64,000 nucleotides of DNA from contig CM059429.1 of assembly GCA_030390025.1 (NCBI GenBank), positions 96,906,001 to 96,970,000 on the forward strand. The letters are read 5' to 3'. Of the stretch, positions 51,247-64,000 are shown one piece after another (positions within the stretch are counted from its first letter, which is position 1; each line of letters begins with the position of its first letter). The DNA is from Squalus acanthias. Its lineage: Eukaryota. A program made the translations under genes and the position numbers. Below the pieces are notes generated by a model. The model was not told the DNA's origin, searched no databases, and saw only the letters and a program-made list of their open reading frames with translations.

Positions 51247-51999
51247 GGGTCATATATTCCGATGCCTACGGGTGTGTACGAGCTGTGTACACACCCGTAG
51301 GGACATCGGAAATGCTGGTTTCAGGCATGCGAAGCGCATGCGCTGAAAACCGGTATTTCCAATCTGTCAAGAATCCTCTCAAGGACGCCTGCCCTGGAGA
51401 AGGGCCTCTGCGAGTGGAGAGTTCCGCTTTCTGGAGAACCCCCGCCCGCAGAAAACCCTTAGAAATCTTACGCCTGGTAAAAGCGTAAGGCGTACTTTTA
51501 CCAGGATAAGAGTTGAAAAAAAGTAAAAAAAATCATTTTTTTCACTCATTTATAATTTAAAAATACTTTAAAAAAGGTAAGTTTATTTTTAGCCCCGTAA
51601 AAAACTTTAATTATTTTTTTCAAAAAATTAAATTTTTGTTTAAAATATTTAATTTATTGTAATTTCAACTCATTTTAAAAATGTGATGGTTTTTAAAAAA
51701 TGTATTTAATGTTTTACTATGTTTTTGGAGTGATCTCCATTCATATATTTGACAGGTTTATCTGCCAAGTGTATGAAGGGAGATTCCCTTCTCCTATTGG
51801 CTCCCCATGGCCCACATGATCCCAGGGACACTTGCGAACCGCCTGCGCCCCTGGGATACGTGCGCCCTGCGCACTTGGAGTTTGGAGAGGCCCAGGAGCG
51901 GAAGTGTCCGGACCTCGGGAGCCCTCAGGTAAGTCCGTAGATTTTTTCCAGATCGGAGGCCTCCGCACACGGGAAGCCTCCGATCGGAAAATACGGGCC
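51247..51999 (-). mobile_element. Second copy of the same MITE in inverted orientation
   Basis: Collinear reverse-complement similarity to 49811-50549 over its whole length; same TIR. Confidence 0.85.
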
Positions 52000-52749
52000 G
52001 CTGTTTAAAAAAATGTGTTAGTTTGCTTGTTCCTTTCAGCTTATGTACTTATTTAGTTGCCTTTATTGTTCCAAAAATTTGGATGGAAAGATGTTTGGAT
52101 GAGAGCAGCAATAATACCCGACTGTCACAAATAAATCCGTAAAAAAAGCTGATGTAGTGCTAGAGTTATTACACTGCTTTTGAGGTCACAGCCATTGTAT
52201 AATTCTACAGGAAAGTAATTTGGTTTTAAGACTGTGCAAACAACCAGGTGTACTAAAGTGAATAACCCCGCCCAGCATGCACTGTGATATAGCTTGCTAT
52301 TATTTGCGACTTCTGACATCATGACACAAACTTCTGACATCACCACATAGCCCAAGCCTAATACATCTAAATACCTTCCAACTAATGTTATGAAGTGATC
52401 GGGAATAAACAAACTACCTCACCTTTTTGTGGCGCAAAGCTAAATACAAGCTGCGGAGAGGAGATCATTTTTACACCAGAAAATAGTTGCACCGGGATAT
52501 TTCACATATTTACATAGTCCCAGTGGATTTAAAACAGTTGCTGCGGCAATGTAAAATCAAATCAGCAGCTGTAGTGTAAACTCGGCGCGAGACGTGATAT
52601 TGTTGTAAACACTGCCGCAGCTTTAGTGAGGTCACTCTTCAAGGCCATTCCCATGAAGGAAAGCTAAGAGAGGCATGATGCCAAATTAAAAAAACTCATT
52701 CAGACACTTTAAAAAAAGAGATGCCTTAGATAGAAGTGCCAGAGCACTG

Positions 52750-54102
52750 GTGGACAGCAAATGTAATTCCGATCTTCAAAAAGGGAGATAAATTAATCCA
52801 GGGAACTGTACAGCAGTTGGCTTGACATCAGTAGTAGAAAAGATACTAGAATCTTTGCTAAGAGATGAGACAACAAAAAGATGTAGAGACAGAGAATATA
52901 ATTTTTTTTAAATAGTCAGCATCGATACCTAAAAGAAAGGTCATGTTTAACCAACCTTGTTGAATTCTTTGAAAAAGTAACAGAAAGAGTAGACAAGGGA
53001 AATGCAGTGGACTGTCGGAAGGCCTGCGATGAGGTGCCACGTAGGAGACTCACGACAAAGGTCAGGAGTTGAGGGCCAAGTCGCAGAATGGAGTGAAAGT
53101 TGGCTAGAAAACAGAAAAAAGGTGGTAAGGGTTAAGGGAAGTTTCTCAAAACTGGCAGAAAGTGGAAAGTGGTGTCCCGCAGGGCTCAGTGCTGGGACAA
53201 CTGTTGTTTACCATATACATAAATGATCTGGACTCAGGAATTGGAGGTATGATGTCAAAATTTGCAGATGTTACCAAAAGGTGGTTGGGGGGGGGGACGG
53301 TGGGTACAGCAAATAATGTGGAAGACTGCACCAACATTTAGGAAGACACATGGGCTTGCAGAGCGGGTGGATAAATGACAAACAAAATTTGATATAGCAA
53401 ACCGTGAGGTGGTTCATTTTGTAGGAGGAATAAGAGGCCACTTATTTCTTGGAAGGTAAGAAACTAAAAGGGGTAGAAGAACTTGATTAGGTCATTAAGA
53501 GTGCAAGCAAAGTATTGGGGTTCATTTCTAGAGGAAAATAATACAAAAGCAAGGAGGTAATGTTAAATTTATTTAGAACCTCACCTCACTTGGGAGTATT
53601 GTGTGCAGTTCTGGTCTCCATACTACAAAAAGGATATTGAAGCGCTGGATAAAGTGCAGAATTGAGAGGATGCAAATATCAGGAAAGGTTGAGCAGGCTG
53701 GGTGCGGCTCTTCTCTCTGGAGACCTGATCGAGGTCTTTAAAATTACAAAGGCGTTTGATAGGGTGGACGTGGAGAAATTGTTTCCACTTGTAGGTGAGT
53801 CCAGAACAAAGGGGCATAAATATAAGATAGCCACGAACAAATGAAATAAAGAATTTAGGAGGAATTTCTTCACACAGAGAGTGGTGAGAATGTTCAACTC
53901 GCTGTCACATGGAGTGGTTGAAGCAGATTACTCAATGCATTCAATGAGAGGCTTAATGCATACATGAGGAAGAAAGGAATAGAGGGATACAGGGGTCGGG
54001 TGGGAAAAGTTAATTAGAGTGGGAGAAGGCTTGTGTGGAGTCTAAACACCGGCATAAACTAGTTGGGATGAATGGCTTGTTTCTTTGCTGTAGATTCTAT
54101 GT
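52750..54102 (+). mobile_element. Degenerate CR1 LINE
   Basis: cagggctcagtgctggga, aaatttgcagatg, tgtgtgcagttctggtctcc and 3' tail. Confidence 0.88.
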
Positions 54103-54586
54103 AGGTGGCTCTCTGGGGGCTCTATTCATATCTTAACTTACAACAGTAATGATTCATACATTTAAGTTTCTAGTAAATGTAATGGTAATGGCTTACCATA
54201 CAAAATATGGCTAAATGCATATACTGTAAGAACTGTACACCATTTACACAGATTCAGACCCATCAGCTGTTAGGCAACTGAATTCTTGCTCCCATTCGGG
54301 AACAGACCTAATCCTACTCTAAAATATTAGCTCCTCTATTACAATGGATAGTTAAGTCATCCAGTTACAACATACATGCACTGTGGTTGACAGAGAGACA
54401 AACACAAGCCATGCAATACCAGACATGAAAGAGTCGTTACCTTTCACCTAGTGTATGCTGAAGTACTGGGATTGGCTTTATCTCTCTTCCTCTCCTTGGC
54501 AGCTTACTAAAACTGAAAACATTCTCCCTCAACACTTTTGCCTTGTTACTCCTCTCTCCTCCTTCAAAAGCCTCCTTAAAACCTAC

Positions 54587-55255
54587 GGGGGAGAAATTCG
54601 GTATCGCCCCGTTTGGGGCGGTAACTTTTGAAAGCTGGGAAACTTAGCGCCAGGCGTGAACGATTCCCAGCTTTTGCAAAATTCAGTGTTTGCGCTCCAG
54701 GAAGGAAGTGGACGGCTAAATCAAGCGCTCCGCTTCCTTCCTGGAGCGTTAAAGGATGCAGATAGTGGTGCAGCACTGCCGCGTTCCGAGGCTCCTTCCC
54801 TCCCTTAAAAGGGAAGGGCCATCGCTACAGGCTCTGCATTGGGACCAGTGAGCTGGTCCCCGACGGCAGCCATGATCCAGCCACATGCTCTCCAGCAGAG
54901 GAATCGAAAAAAATCAATTGTAACGTTGTAAAAATGTTTCTATCCGTGCCAACATCCCCTTTTATTTGCGCCTCCGAAGCTCCCGGCCTCCCGAACAACG
55001 CTTCCTGCAGCTGCCGTGTTGTCGCCCGGCGATGCTGCAGGGGGGCGGAATCGAAGTTCGGGCCCAGGGCGATGCGCACGGCGATGACGTCACAATCTCT
55101 GGGTGCAGGAGATCGTGGGGCTAGTGGTTACCGTCGCTGCAAACCTCCGCGTCATATTCGCGGGCGTCAGTTACTATCGCCGCACCCAGTCGCAAAGCCG
55201 GTAGCGCCCCTGGGAGGCGCTAACGGGAGGCACTGAGGTACTGAATTTCTCCCCC
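54587..55255. mobile_element. GC-rich PIF/Harbinger-type MITE (669 bp)
   Basis: TIR GGGGGAGAAATTCRGTA; 3-bp TSD TAC. Removing it restores the L2 motif aaaacctacctc. Confidence 0.88.
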
Positions 55256-55303
55256 TACCTCCTTAATCTTGGTTTTAGTAACCACCCTAACTCTTGTGCT
55301 GTC

Positions 55304-55530
55304 TGACGTAAGAAAACTACTAGGCACTTGGTCTGAGCGTTAAACAAAGCTTTAATCAACTGTTTTACAACATGGAGATCTAGTTGTGTCCTTCACTAGT
55401 TCCTGTTAAGAATGTCCTGCGCAAGCTGTGCCCGTGCCCGAGTATTTATACTCTCCCTGGACAGCGCCACCCGCAGGCCACCCAGTATTATTTCATAAGT
55501 CTTTCTTTCATGAATGACAGATTCATGTCA
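55304..55530 (-). mobile_element. Short solo LTR (227 bp)
   Basis: TGAC...GTCA termini, 5-bp TSD CTGTC, minus-strand TATAAA and ATTAAA in the expected order. Confidence 0.75.
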
Positions 55531-56382
55531 CTGTCACTGCTTGTTGTCGTGTTATTTTTGTCTCGATGAAGCACTTCAGGAAATCTTAGTGTTACAGTGC
55601 AAGTTGTTCTTATACTCCGCAATCAAAGTTTGTACAGGAGGTAAGGACCGGAATTGAAAGTATTTAATGCCTTGAACTTTCAATTTTTAATAACTGCAGA
55701 CACATCGATTTGAAGGACATGGGAAATGGCATTCCAATCACTGGTGTATGCCTTTTTTTATTAACATTCTGCTGGTTAACTTTCAATACACCAAAACTCT
55801 GCTCATTTTGGATAACAAATGAATTAACAAGTACTTAAAATACTGTTGCAACAGTTATTGCGATGAATGCATCAATTTTCAATTTAGGACAAACATGTTT
55901 CAGCCAAAGGCCATGGCCAGGCTGTCCCATTACTAATTGACATTAATTAAAAAAACAGATACTCAACTTAAAGAAAATTGTACACTGGCTTACATATTTT
56001 ACAGTAGTTATACAGATTGTTAATGTTATTTGCAGGAGTTTGTTGGACCCACTTGATCATTTCACCTAGTCTTCTAACTTCTGCTATTCCCACCCAGATA
56101 TTTATCCAAATCCTTTCTGAAGGAGCTAATTGAGAGTTTGGGCATTTTTCACCTCCAATTTTTTTTTCCATTCATTCCAGAGGGATGAGCTAGAGTTCAT
56201 TTAACAAAAAGTGAAAAGTAAATTTAAAAAATGGAAGTTAAAGACGACTTTTTAACAATTTAGAATTCACAAGATCAAAAGATAATTACGGATGATGCAG
56301 GCCATTCGGTCCACCTGAGTCCATCCACCATTGCAGCATCCAGCTGTTTCTTAAATTATTCCAGGGTTTCTGCTTCACTATT

Positions 56383-57134
56383 GGCCCAGAAATTTGACTC
56401 GGAGGCTTGCCGCGGGGGTAAGGATCGCGCGCGATATCACACAACGCGCCGGCCGTTGTGTTTTGGGCCCACAGGAACTTCGGGTCCTGGGCCTCTCCCT
56501 AGTGCCGGTGTGCAGTGTGTGCGTGTCCCAGGGGCGCAGTTAGTGCGATGCGACCTCTGGGATCACGTGGGCCATGGAGAGCCAATGGCAGCAGTCATCT
56601 TTCATTCATAGATTTGACAGGAGACCTGTCAAATCTGTGAATTGAAAGAGACCCCAAAAGAACAGCTAAACCTCAAATAAATTTTTAAAAAACCATCACA
56701 TTAATAAAATAACTATAGTTAAATAAATTAACCACTTTAAACAAAAATTTAAATTTTTGAAAAAATTAATTTTTTTTTAAAAAAGTTATAAAAATAAACT
56801 TACCTTTCTTTAAAGTCTCTAAAAAAGATAAACCTGTTGAAAAAAATTAAAAATTAAACTTAATTAACTACTTACCTTGTTCAAAAGGGGTCTTAAGCCT
56901 CCTTTTTACTTGTGTAGAATCTTCCATACTTACCCTCGCGTTGAAACCTGAAAAAAAACCTAAGTGTGCTGCGTGCGCGCAGCCTCTAGTGCACACGCGG
57001 TTCACCTAGGAACCGCCCCCTTCACCATACCGGAAGTGCCGGTTTCCCGCGCATGCAGGAAACCAGCACTTCGGGAACGAATACGGGTGAGTACACACTG
57101 AGTACTCACCCATTCTCGGCCGAATTTTTGGGCC
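56383..57134 (+). mobile_element. Related Harbinger-type MITE inserted in an old CR1 end
   Basis: TIR GGCCCAGAAATT / AATTTTTGGGCC; shares gggatcacgtgggccatgg and the AT core with 49811-50549. Confidence 0.75.
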
Positions 57135-57379
57135 AACATATCTCGGAGCCCATTTCCACGTATTGGCCACTCTTTGTGTGAAGACGAACTTCCTGCTATT
57201 AGTCCTAAATTTAACTTTTACTAGTTTGAATCTTAGTTTGAAGTAATCTTCCACATTTATCTTTATCATACCATTTACCGTCTTATGAATCTCTTCATCC
57301 CACCATTGGCAACTGTGCCTGCAGCCCTAAGCTCTGGAATTCTCTCCCTATAGCTTCTCCTTAAAACCTACCTCTTTGA

Positions 57380-58248
57380 CCTTCTTCTTCTTCCTTCTTC
57401 TTAGGCAGTCCCTCAGGAACCGAGGATGACTTGCTTCCACACTAAAAATGAGTTCTCAGGTGACTGATGAGTCCAATGCGGGACCTACAGTCTCTGTCAC
57501 AGGTGGGGCAGACAGTGGTTGAAGGGGCGGGTGGGTGGGGTGCTTGGGTTGACGTGCGCTCCTTGTGCTGCTTGCGCTTGGCTTCTGCTTGCTCCCGGCG
57601 AAGAGACTCGAGGTGTTCGGCACTTTCCCAGATGCTTCTCCTCCACTTTGTGCGGTCTTGGGCCAGGGATTCCCAGGTGGCAGTGGGGATGTTGCACTTT
57701 TTCAAGGAGGCTTTGAGGGTGTCCTTGAAGCGTTTCCTCTGCCCACCTGGGGCTCTCTTGCCGTGTCGGAGCTCCGAGTAGAGCGCTTGTTTTGGGAGTC
57801 TCGTATCGGGCATGTGGACGATGTGACCCGTCCATCGGAGCTGATCGAGCGTGGTCAAAGCTTCGATGCTGGGGATGTTGGCCTGAGTGAGAACACTGAC
57901 GTTGGTGCGCCTATCCTGCCAATGGATTTGCAGGATCTTGCGGAGGCAATGTTGGTGGTACCTCTCCAGTGCTTTAAGGTGCCTGCTGTACATGGTCCAT
58001 GTCTCTGAGGCATACAACAGGGCGGGTATCACTGCTGCTCTGTAGACCATGAGCTTGGTGCTGGGTTTGAGGTCCTGGTCTTCAAACACTCTCTTCCTCA
58101 GGTGACCACAGGCTGCACTGGCACACTGAAGGTGGTGTTAGACTTCGTCATCGACGTCTGCCCTTGTTGACAGTAGGCTCCCGAGGTATGGAAAGTGGTC
58201 CACGTTGTCCAAGGCCTTGTCGTGGATTTTGATAATCGGGGGGCAGTA
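57380..58248 (-). mobile_element. RTE LINE 3' fragment inserted in an L2 tail
   Basis: ORF 57442..58089; (GAA)n tail; L2 sequence on both sides. Confidence 0.93.
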
Positions 58249-58573
58249 CTTTGACCCAGCTTTTAGTCACTGTTCCTAACATCTCCTTCTTTGGCTTGGT
58301 GTCAATTTTTGTCTGATTTAAGCTTCTGTGAAGCACCTTGGGAGGTTTTTCTACATAAAGGGTGCTAAATAACTGCAAGTTGTATGAGATCACCACTCAG
58401 ACACTTCCTTTCAAGGCTAAAAGGTCCAAGTTTCTCCAGTTTTTTCTCATTACTCTAACCTCTAATAGTAGGGATCAGCCTGAAGCAAGACTTGCATTTA
58501 TAAGAACATAAGAACATAAGAAATAGGAGCAGGAGTAGACCAATCGGCCCCTCGAGCCTGCTCCGCCATTCAA

Positions 58574-59149
58574 TGAGAATATAAAATCCAAAATGGCCTA
58601 CACAATGTCTGTTAGAAAGATTAGCCACTTGTTTATAGTTTCGACCTAATGAAGGAATTTCAGCTTGTAGACTGTTTAATTGCCCCCAACAAATAGCTTA
58701 GGTTTGCAGAACAAAGAGGCTCTCTCTAACGAGCTTAAGATAGAACCATAGTGTAAATCACTATCTCCCTTTAATTCCAGATGGTGTGGTGGGAGGAAAC
58801 AAACTTCCCCCGTGAGAAGGGATTTAGCTAGCCTTATCTCAAGGTATTTCTGCTCCTTTAACTTTGATGACCTTTTAGAAAGTCCTTCTATGTACACACA
58901 CATACTCCTTTTAACTTGTTTTTGTAGGCGCTATGCTGTTAATCAACTAATGATTTAATACCATGTCATGTGATATGGAAAGCTTGTATTTTCAGTGTAT
59001 AAAATTGTAACAGTTTTTGTAATTTGCAGAGTGTCATCATAGCCATTGATTACGGTGCATTCTCCTTGCGAGCAAGTAAATAATAAAGCCTGTCTTTGAC
59101 GATACTTTATGTTTCAAGAGTCTTACTCGGAAGTCGAAACTTCGACACA
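58574..59149 (+). mobile_element. Probable solo LTR
   Basis: TG...CA ends, TATAAAA at ~58998, AATAAA at ~59082; no TSD found. Confidence 0.5.
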
Positions 59150-60719
59150 CATAGCCCTTCTCTGTACGGCCGCCAAGTATTTGAATGTCTCCCCTGTGTC
59201 TTAGTGGCCAGAACTGGATACAGAAGCCAAGGTCTGGTCTGACCAGAGTGCTGCACAGTTTGAACATGGCTTCCTCTGAATTGTACTGTACTGTATTGGC
59301 AATTCTATTAGCTCTGCTGCTCTATGGCTGGGCATGCTGAGTGTCAATGTTAAGAATACTCGACCTTCTCATGCTCAAACCACTGAAGAATACACCAGCT
59401 GGATTTCCTCCTCGGTGGATAATAGCTGCGGGGTTATCGGTCTATTTATTTGTCACAGTAGGGGACGATTTCTGGAGTGCACTAAAGTTTAACAAAATCA
59501 TAAACTCATTCTTCGCAAAGAGGTTTGCTATTTTGTTACACGTGGTGCACAGAGGAAATATTCCCCACCGTTTTCAAAGAACAAAATGGGAATCAATCTG
59601 CCAACGATAAATTTTTAACAGGTGCTATCACACACCTCTCTCTCGCCCAGCCAGCATCGCTCGCAAGCACTTGTTATTAGTTTTCTCCCTTCAAAAGCTT
59701 TTTACTTCAAAACGCTTCTAATATCCAGCTTATTTCCAAATCAATTGAAAAAAAAAATAATAATAGTGTTGTAATCTGAGGAAATACACACTTAGTTTTG
59801 CACTGAGGAAAATTAATCTTAAGGTAAATGACAATTATTTACAAATTCTCAGCACAAATAAAATAAAGCATATGTGCTCACACATCATTCTCTGCCTCTC
59901 TGCCCAGCAGCAGTCTCTATTTAAAGTAAAAAAGCACCTGAATATAGTTACCTCAAAAGGCTCTAAAATCCATGCTCCAACTTGTTTTGGAAAAAATAAA
60001 CACAAATAGCATTTATAGTCTGAGAAAAAATACACTTCCAGTTCTACGAAGAGAATCATACTGACACATTCTAGAAGATTCACAACACCGTACATGTTTA
60101 AAACTACAGCATCCTGAGAATTGCAGACACAGGTGTAGCAGATAACACCTGTTAGCTGATTGATAGTTCTGGGACAAATATCAATTGCGAGCCCATGCTA
60201 ACATCAATGACAGTATTATTCTGCTGGGATGATGAAGTTATATCACTGCTGGGAAGGTAGAATCACCTGAAGCTGGGCATTGACAGGCATCTGGCAGCCT
60301 GCAAACTTCCCTCAGAGACAGCAATTAAACTTTAAATGACACCAGTAGAAAGCAACAAAGGCAGTCATTTGGAATGTGCCGACAAACTCTCCTATAACAG
60401 AAAATACCACAGCCATAGGGGCCGATTTAATCGGAGAGTGGGACTGGTGCATGGGGAGGCTAAGGCAGGCGATGCACTCGAACGATGTCGGAGTGAGGCC
60501 CGGTTGATTTTGACAGCTGGGCCTTGTTATAATATGATTGGTGGGCTGGCCGGTTGGTTGCGTTGGCAGCAGGGCATACGCCCACCTTTGTTGTGCAGTT
60601 TCTGGCGGGAGTCCTGAGGCAGAATATTTAAAGGGTGAATGCACCTCTTAAAGAGAGATTGCAGTCACTGAATATAATCACAGTTTCAGTTTCTGATTCT
60701 GTTTCTTCTGGACATTGGA

Positions 60720-60955
60720 AATGGCAGTAATGAGGAGAAAGGTGTGCCCCTCAGTTTTCAGAAGCCTCCCTGGAGGTGTTGTTGGCACATATCATGGCCA
60801 GGAGGGATCTGCTTTTCCCACAAAGTGGGAATAAGATGCCCAACAGCCCCGTTAAGAAAGGCTGGATATAGGTGGCAGATGAAATGAGTTGCAGGAGCAT
60901 CACCCCAAGGGTCGAGATATAGTGCATAAATGGCCTCACAAGGACAGCAAAGGTA
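60720..60955 (+). pseudogene. Degenerate Myb/SANT-like DNA-binding ORF of a Harbinger transposon
   Basis: Manual translation PQFSEASLEVLLAHIMARRDLLFPQSGNKMPNSPVKKGWI*VADEMSCRSITPRVEI*C followed by AAG|GTAAGT; two in-frame stops. Confidence 0.7.
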
Positions 60956-61084
60956 AGTACAGTTCCTCCTTTCCCCTTCTCTTATATTGCACCTGGTCAC
61001 AGTCCTGCTCCTCCATCATTCAAAGCAAGCATCTTCCTCATCACCAATCAGAAGGGCACACTACAATACCTCTCATACTCACTC

Positions 61085-61720
61085 CTAGGAACAGAGCAAC
61101 AGTAGTTCATTCAGCCCCTCGAGCCTGTTCGCCATTCAATTAGATTATGGCTGATCTGTACCTCAACTCCATTTACCCGCCTTTGCTCCATAATCCCTTA
61201 ATACCCTTACCTAACAAAATTCTATCAATCTCCGTTTTTAATTTTCCGATTAACCTAGCCGCAACAGCTTTTTGGGGGAGAGGTCCAGATTTTTTACGAC
61301 CCTTTGTGTGAAGAAGTGCTTCTTGACATCACCCCTTAACTGCCTAACTCTAATTTTAAGGTTATGCCCCCTTGTACTGGACTCCCCCCCCCAACCAGAG
61401 GAAATAGTTAATCTCTTTCTACCGTATCAAATCCTTTAATCATTTCAAACACCTCAATTAGATCACCCCTTAATCTTCTATACTCAAGGGAATACAAGCC
61501 TAGTCTATGCAACCTGTCCTCATAGTTTAACCCTTTTAGCCCTAGTATCATTCTGGTGAACCTACACTGCACCCCTTCCAAGGCCAATATATCTTTCCTG
61601 AGGTGCGGTGCCCAGAACTGAAAGCAATACTCCAGACGCGGTCTAATTAGAGCATTATACAACTGTAGCATAACTTCCACCTCTTTGTACTCCAGAGGAG
61701 ATGAGATAAAAGCTAACACA
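61085..61720 (-). mobile_element. CR1 3' fragment
   Basis: ORF 61408..61719 LIRPRLEYCFQFWAP. Confidence 0.9.
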
Positions 61721-61721
61721 C

Positions 61722-62265
61722 TGTAAGAGTAAAAAATTTAATTGTAATAATGTAAGGGCAAATCAGTTGTAATGTTTAAGATTAGTTGAACTGCTTAAAG
61801 GACTATAGTAAAGGTCAAAGTATCTCCCGAAGACATGGAGACAGGGGTATAATTAGATAAAGACCAACTTGCTTAGGCTGCAGTATAGATAATGCAGACA
61901 CCGCAGAACAAAAATGTGAATCATTGTTTTTTAATAATAAACTAGCCTCGAAAGGACTAAGAATGAAACTTGCAGCGCAGTTGGCTTACAAAAAGCAGAA
62001 GTAAAAGATGAGTTTCGCTAACATTGTAAGATTCTAAAACAAGTTGTTTTTAGAGACCATAAGAGTCGCTTATGATGTAATGACTGTGCTGATGTTTGTA
62101 TTTTCTGGCTTTTGGAAGTGTATAAAGAAGCGTGGCTCCCATTGTTAAATTGAGAAGCGGGTCATGAGACCGCAGGCCGTGGCGCTTCTCCCGGAGCGCT
62201 CTGAATAATAAACTGTGATCTTTTGCCTTAAGACAGACTCGAGTGAATTAATTTTTCCACCAACA
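61722..62265 (+). mobile_element. Solo LTR (544 bp)
   Basis: TGT...ACA termini, 4-bp TSD ACAC, TATAAA at ~62121, AATAAA at ~62207. Confidence 0.8.
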
Positions 62266-64000
62266 ACACGTTCACCTGCTATTTGCTGCCCTCACTGCTT
62301 CCACTAATGGCATGCTCTTCTCACCTAGTGTCCATTACTGAACATGCCTCTCCTCTCATGACTCCTTCCTCAGTTCACACGTAAGCCACTGACTTCCCAT
62401 TCAAAACGTAGAGACTAAGATCAGACCAATACTGTAGGTTGGATGGATAGTCACAGCATGGGACTCAGCAGTTACTCATTTACAATGTAGCACCTTCTGA
62501 AGTGCCATTTTTAGTATCCCAGGGATCTGCCAAAGAACAAATAGTATCGGGAATATTACAGTGTGACTGAAAAGCAGACGGCATGCCATATGAAACAGAT
62601 GCTGCAGAGGAGTAGCATGCTACAAGGTTACAAACTCTTGGAAGAATATCAAGGAATAAGGAGGCCTGTGGCAGTCAAAGTTAATGCGAAATGCATCTAG
62701 GCATATTTTGTTTAAAGATGTGGAACCTTCACAACAAGAGAAGTTCAGAAAGATTTAATTACTTGGAGAAAGTAGATTTGGCATGAAGTATTTTACAATT
62801 ACTGTTTGTTTTCAAAATGCAATCTTTTAGTAACTCCAATATTCTTATGACAGTTTAATGAAGCTTCCGTAAATTTTTACAGAATGCTTACGGCAATTAA
62901 TAGTTTATCAGCAAGGTTCAATACTTAACAAGTTTGGCAGTGTCCTAATTTTGAATTCCCTCATTTTTAAAAATAGTTTTTCTTCATAATTAACTCCATC
63001 TCCTTGCTACCCACCAGTCCACAGCTGAGAGTCAGCTACATACTATTATGCCTCTGCCAGTTCTCTAAATGTCCACTAGGAGGTGTGCAAGAGTTAGGGG
63101 GTGACATCACTCCATTCTCCTTCCCAAGGGAAAATTTGATTGATGTTCCTCAAGTGATCTTAGATGTAGTATGCTCACGTGCTAAAAAGTGACAATTCTC
63201 TTTGAGAGCTTCTTGCATTCTGACACCCAATACACCTAGATTGATGAGTGTGCAGATCCTAAACTTACATATGCTGTACCTATGCTCTTGGAAATTGAGG
63301 ATGCAATGTGCACCATGCCTCTGGGAGAAGCTCTGCGCCATGGCTCTAGCCAGTTATCCTATATTGGTGGACATCTAGGTCATGCACTCCTACTTAGCAC
63401 CGAGACATTCGCTCACACAGTGCTCCATAGAGTTGTGACCTGTCTGAAGGCACCTGCCCTGAGTTTTCCATCCCTTGGCAATGCAGGAATGGCAGCTAGT
63501 AATAAGGACCTTCCTAAACAATCTGTTTCTCTCTCTCCGACGCCTGTCCTGGATGCAACTCCTGCTTTTGTGCTATGTCCACCGTCACCAAGTAAAGGGT
63601 ACTGTTGTTTGGGAAGTGAGATGCTGGTGTTGTTGGGACTGAGAATGCTCAGTGAAAGGAGCTGTGGAGATATGTGGTTCAGTGGATGTGTGAGGTTCTT
63701 CCATCCCAGCCCCCTATTGCACCACAGATGTTATTCTGTGTGTGCGTGATGCCATTTTCATCATCTCATCATTAAGTTTCCATCACAGTGGCAGTTAGCA
63801 GATGGGAGATCTGTATCAGGAGCCACAGGAAACAGATGTGGGTGATGGTGTTTTTGTTTATATAAAAAACTTAAATTTCACAGCAGTTGTCACAGAATCT
63901 AGTATACACTCAATCCCTGGCAGAGTAGTGAGATACAGGATGAACTTAAATCTGGAGCAATGTAGTGGGAGGTATAGATCCATGTAGTGCAGGGGTCTAG

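Noticed and set aside
54441-54512. Exon-like 72-nt segment on the minus strand (FSKLPRRGREIKPIPVLQHTLGE)
   Set aside because: Overlaps a decayed L2 tail and its phase does not join the other candidate exons.
55968-56171. 67-aa ORF on the minus strand
   Set aside because: Appears to be a decayed CR1 3' end.
59952-60113. 162-nt open, AG/GT-bounded segment on the minus strand
   Set aside because: No recognisable protein, and it gives stops when joined to downstream candidates; insufficient support.
1-64000. CRISPR array or prokaryotic operon
   Set aside because: No regularly spaced repeat-spacer array; the sequence is eukaryotic with spliceosomal introns.

Overview
Repeat-rich vertebrate genomic DNA. 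The repeat families (V-SINE/HE1-like, Deu-domain SINE, CR1, L2, RTE, Penelope) suggest a cartilaginous fish (shark), but this is inferred. One host gene is clearly identifiable: the palmitoyltransferase ZDHHC23 on the minus strand, with a CpG-island promoter and candidate non-coding first exon at ~38.0-38.2 kb and coding exons at 27578-27442, 17113-16416, 13410-13243 and 6166-5899. As assembled, its largest exon carries a net 1-nt frameshift upstream of the DHHC motif. A possible second, unidentified minus-strand gene ends at ~42.7 kb. The rest is mostly nested transposable elements: CR1, L2 and RTE LINEs, Penelope-like elements with minimal hammerhead ribozymes, Harbinger-type MITEs, solo LTRs and SINEs. 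The most unusual object is a ~3.2-kb single-ORF APE+RT LINE (44169-49019). It begins with a tRNA-like A/B-box promoter, has no TTTT on its sense strand by visual scan, and ends in AATAAA followed by oligo-T. This is the architecture of an RNA-polymerase-III-transcribed, protein-coding retrotransposon, and an internally deleted SINE-like derivative of it lies at 36130-36469. Repeat boundaries are approximate unless a TSD or TIR is quoted. No database searches were run.
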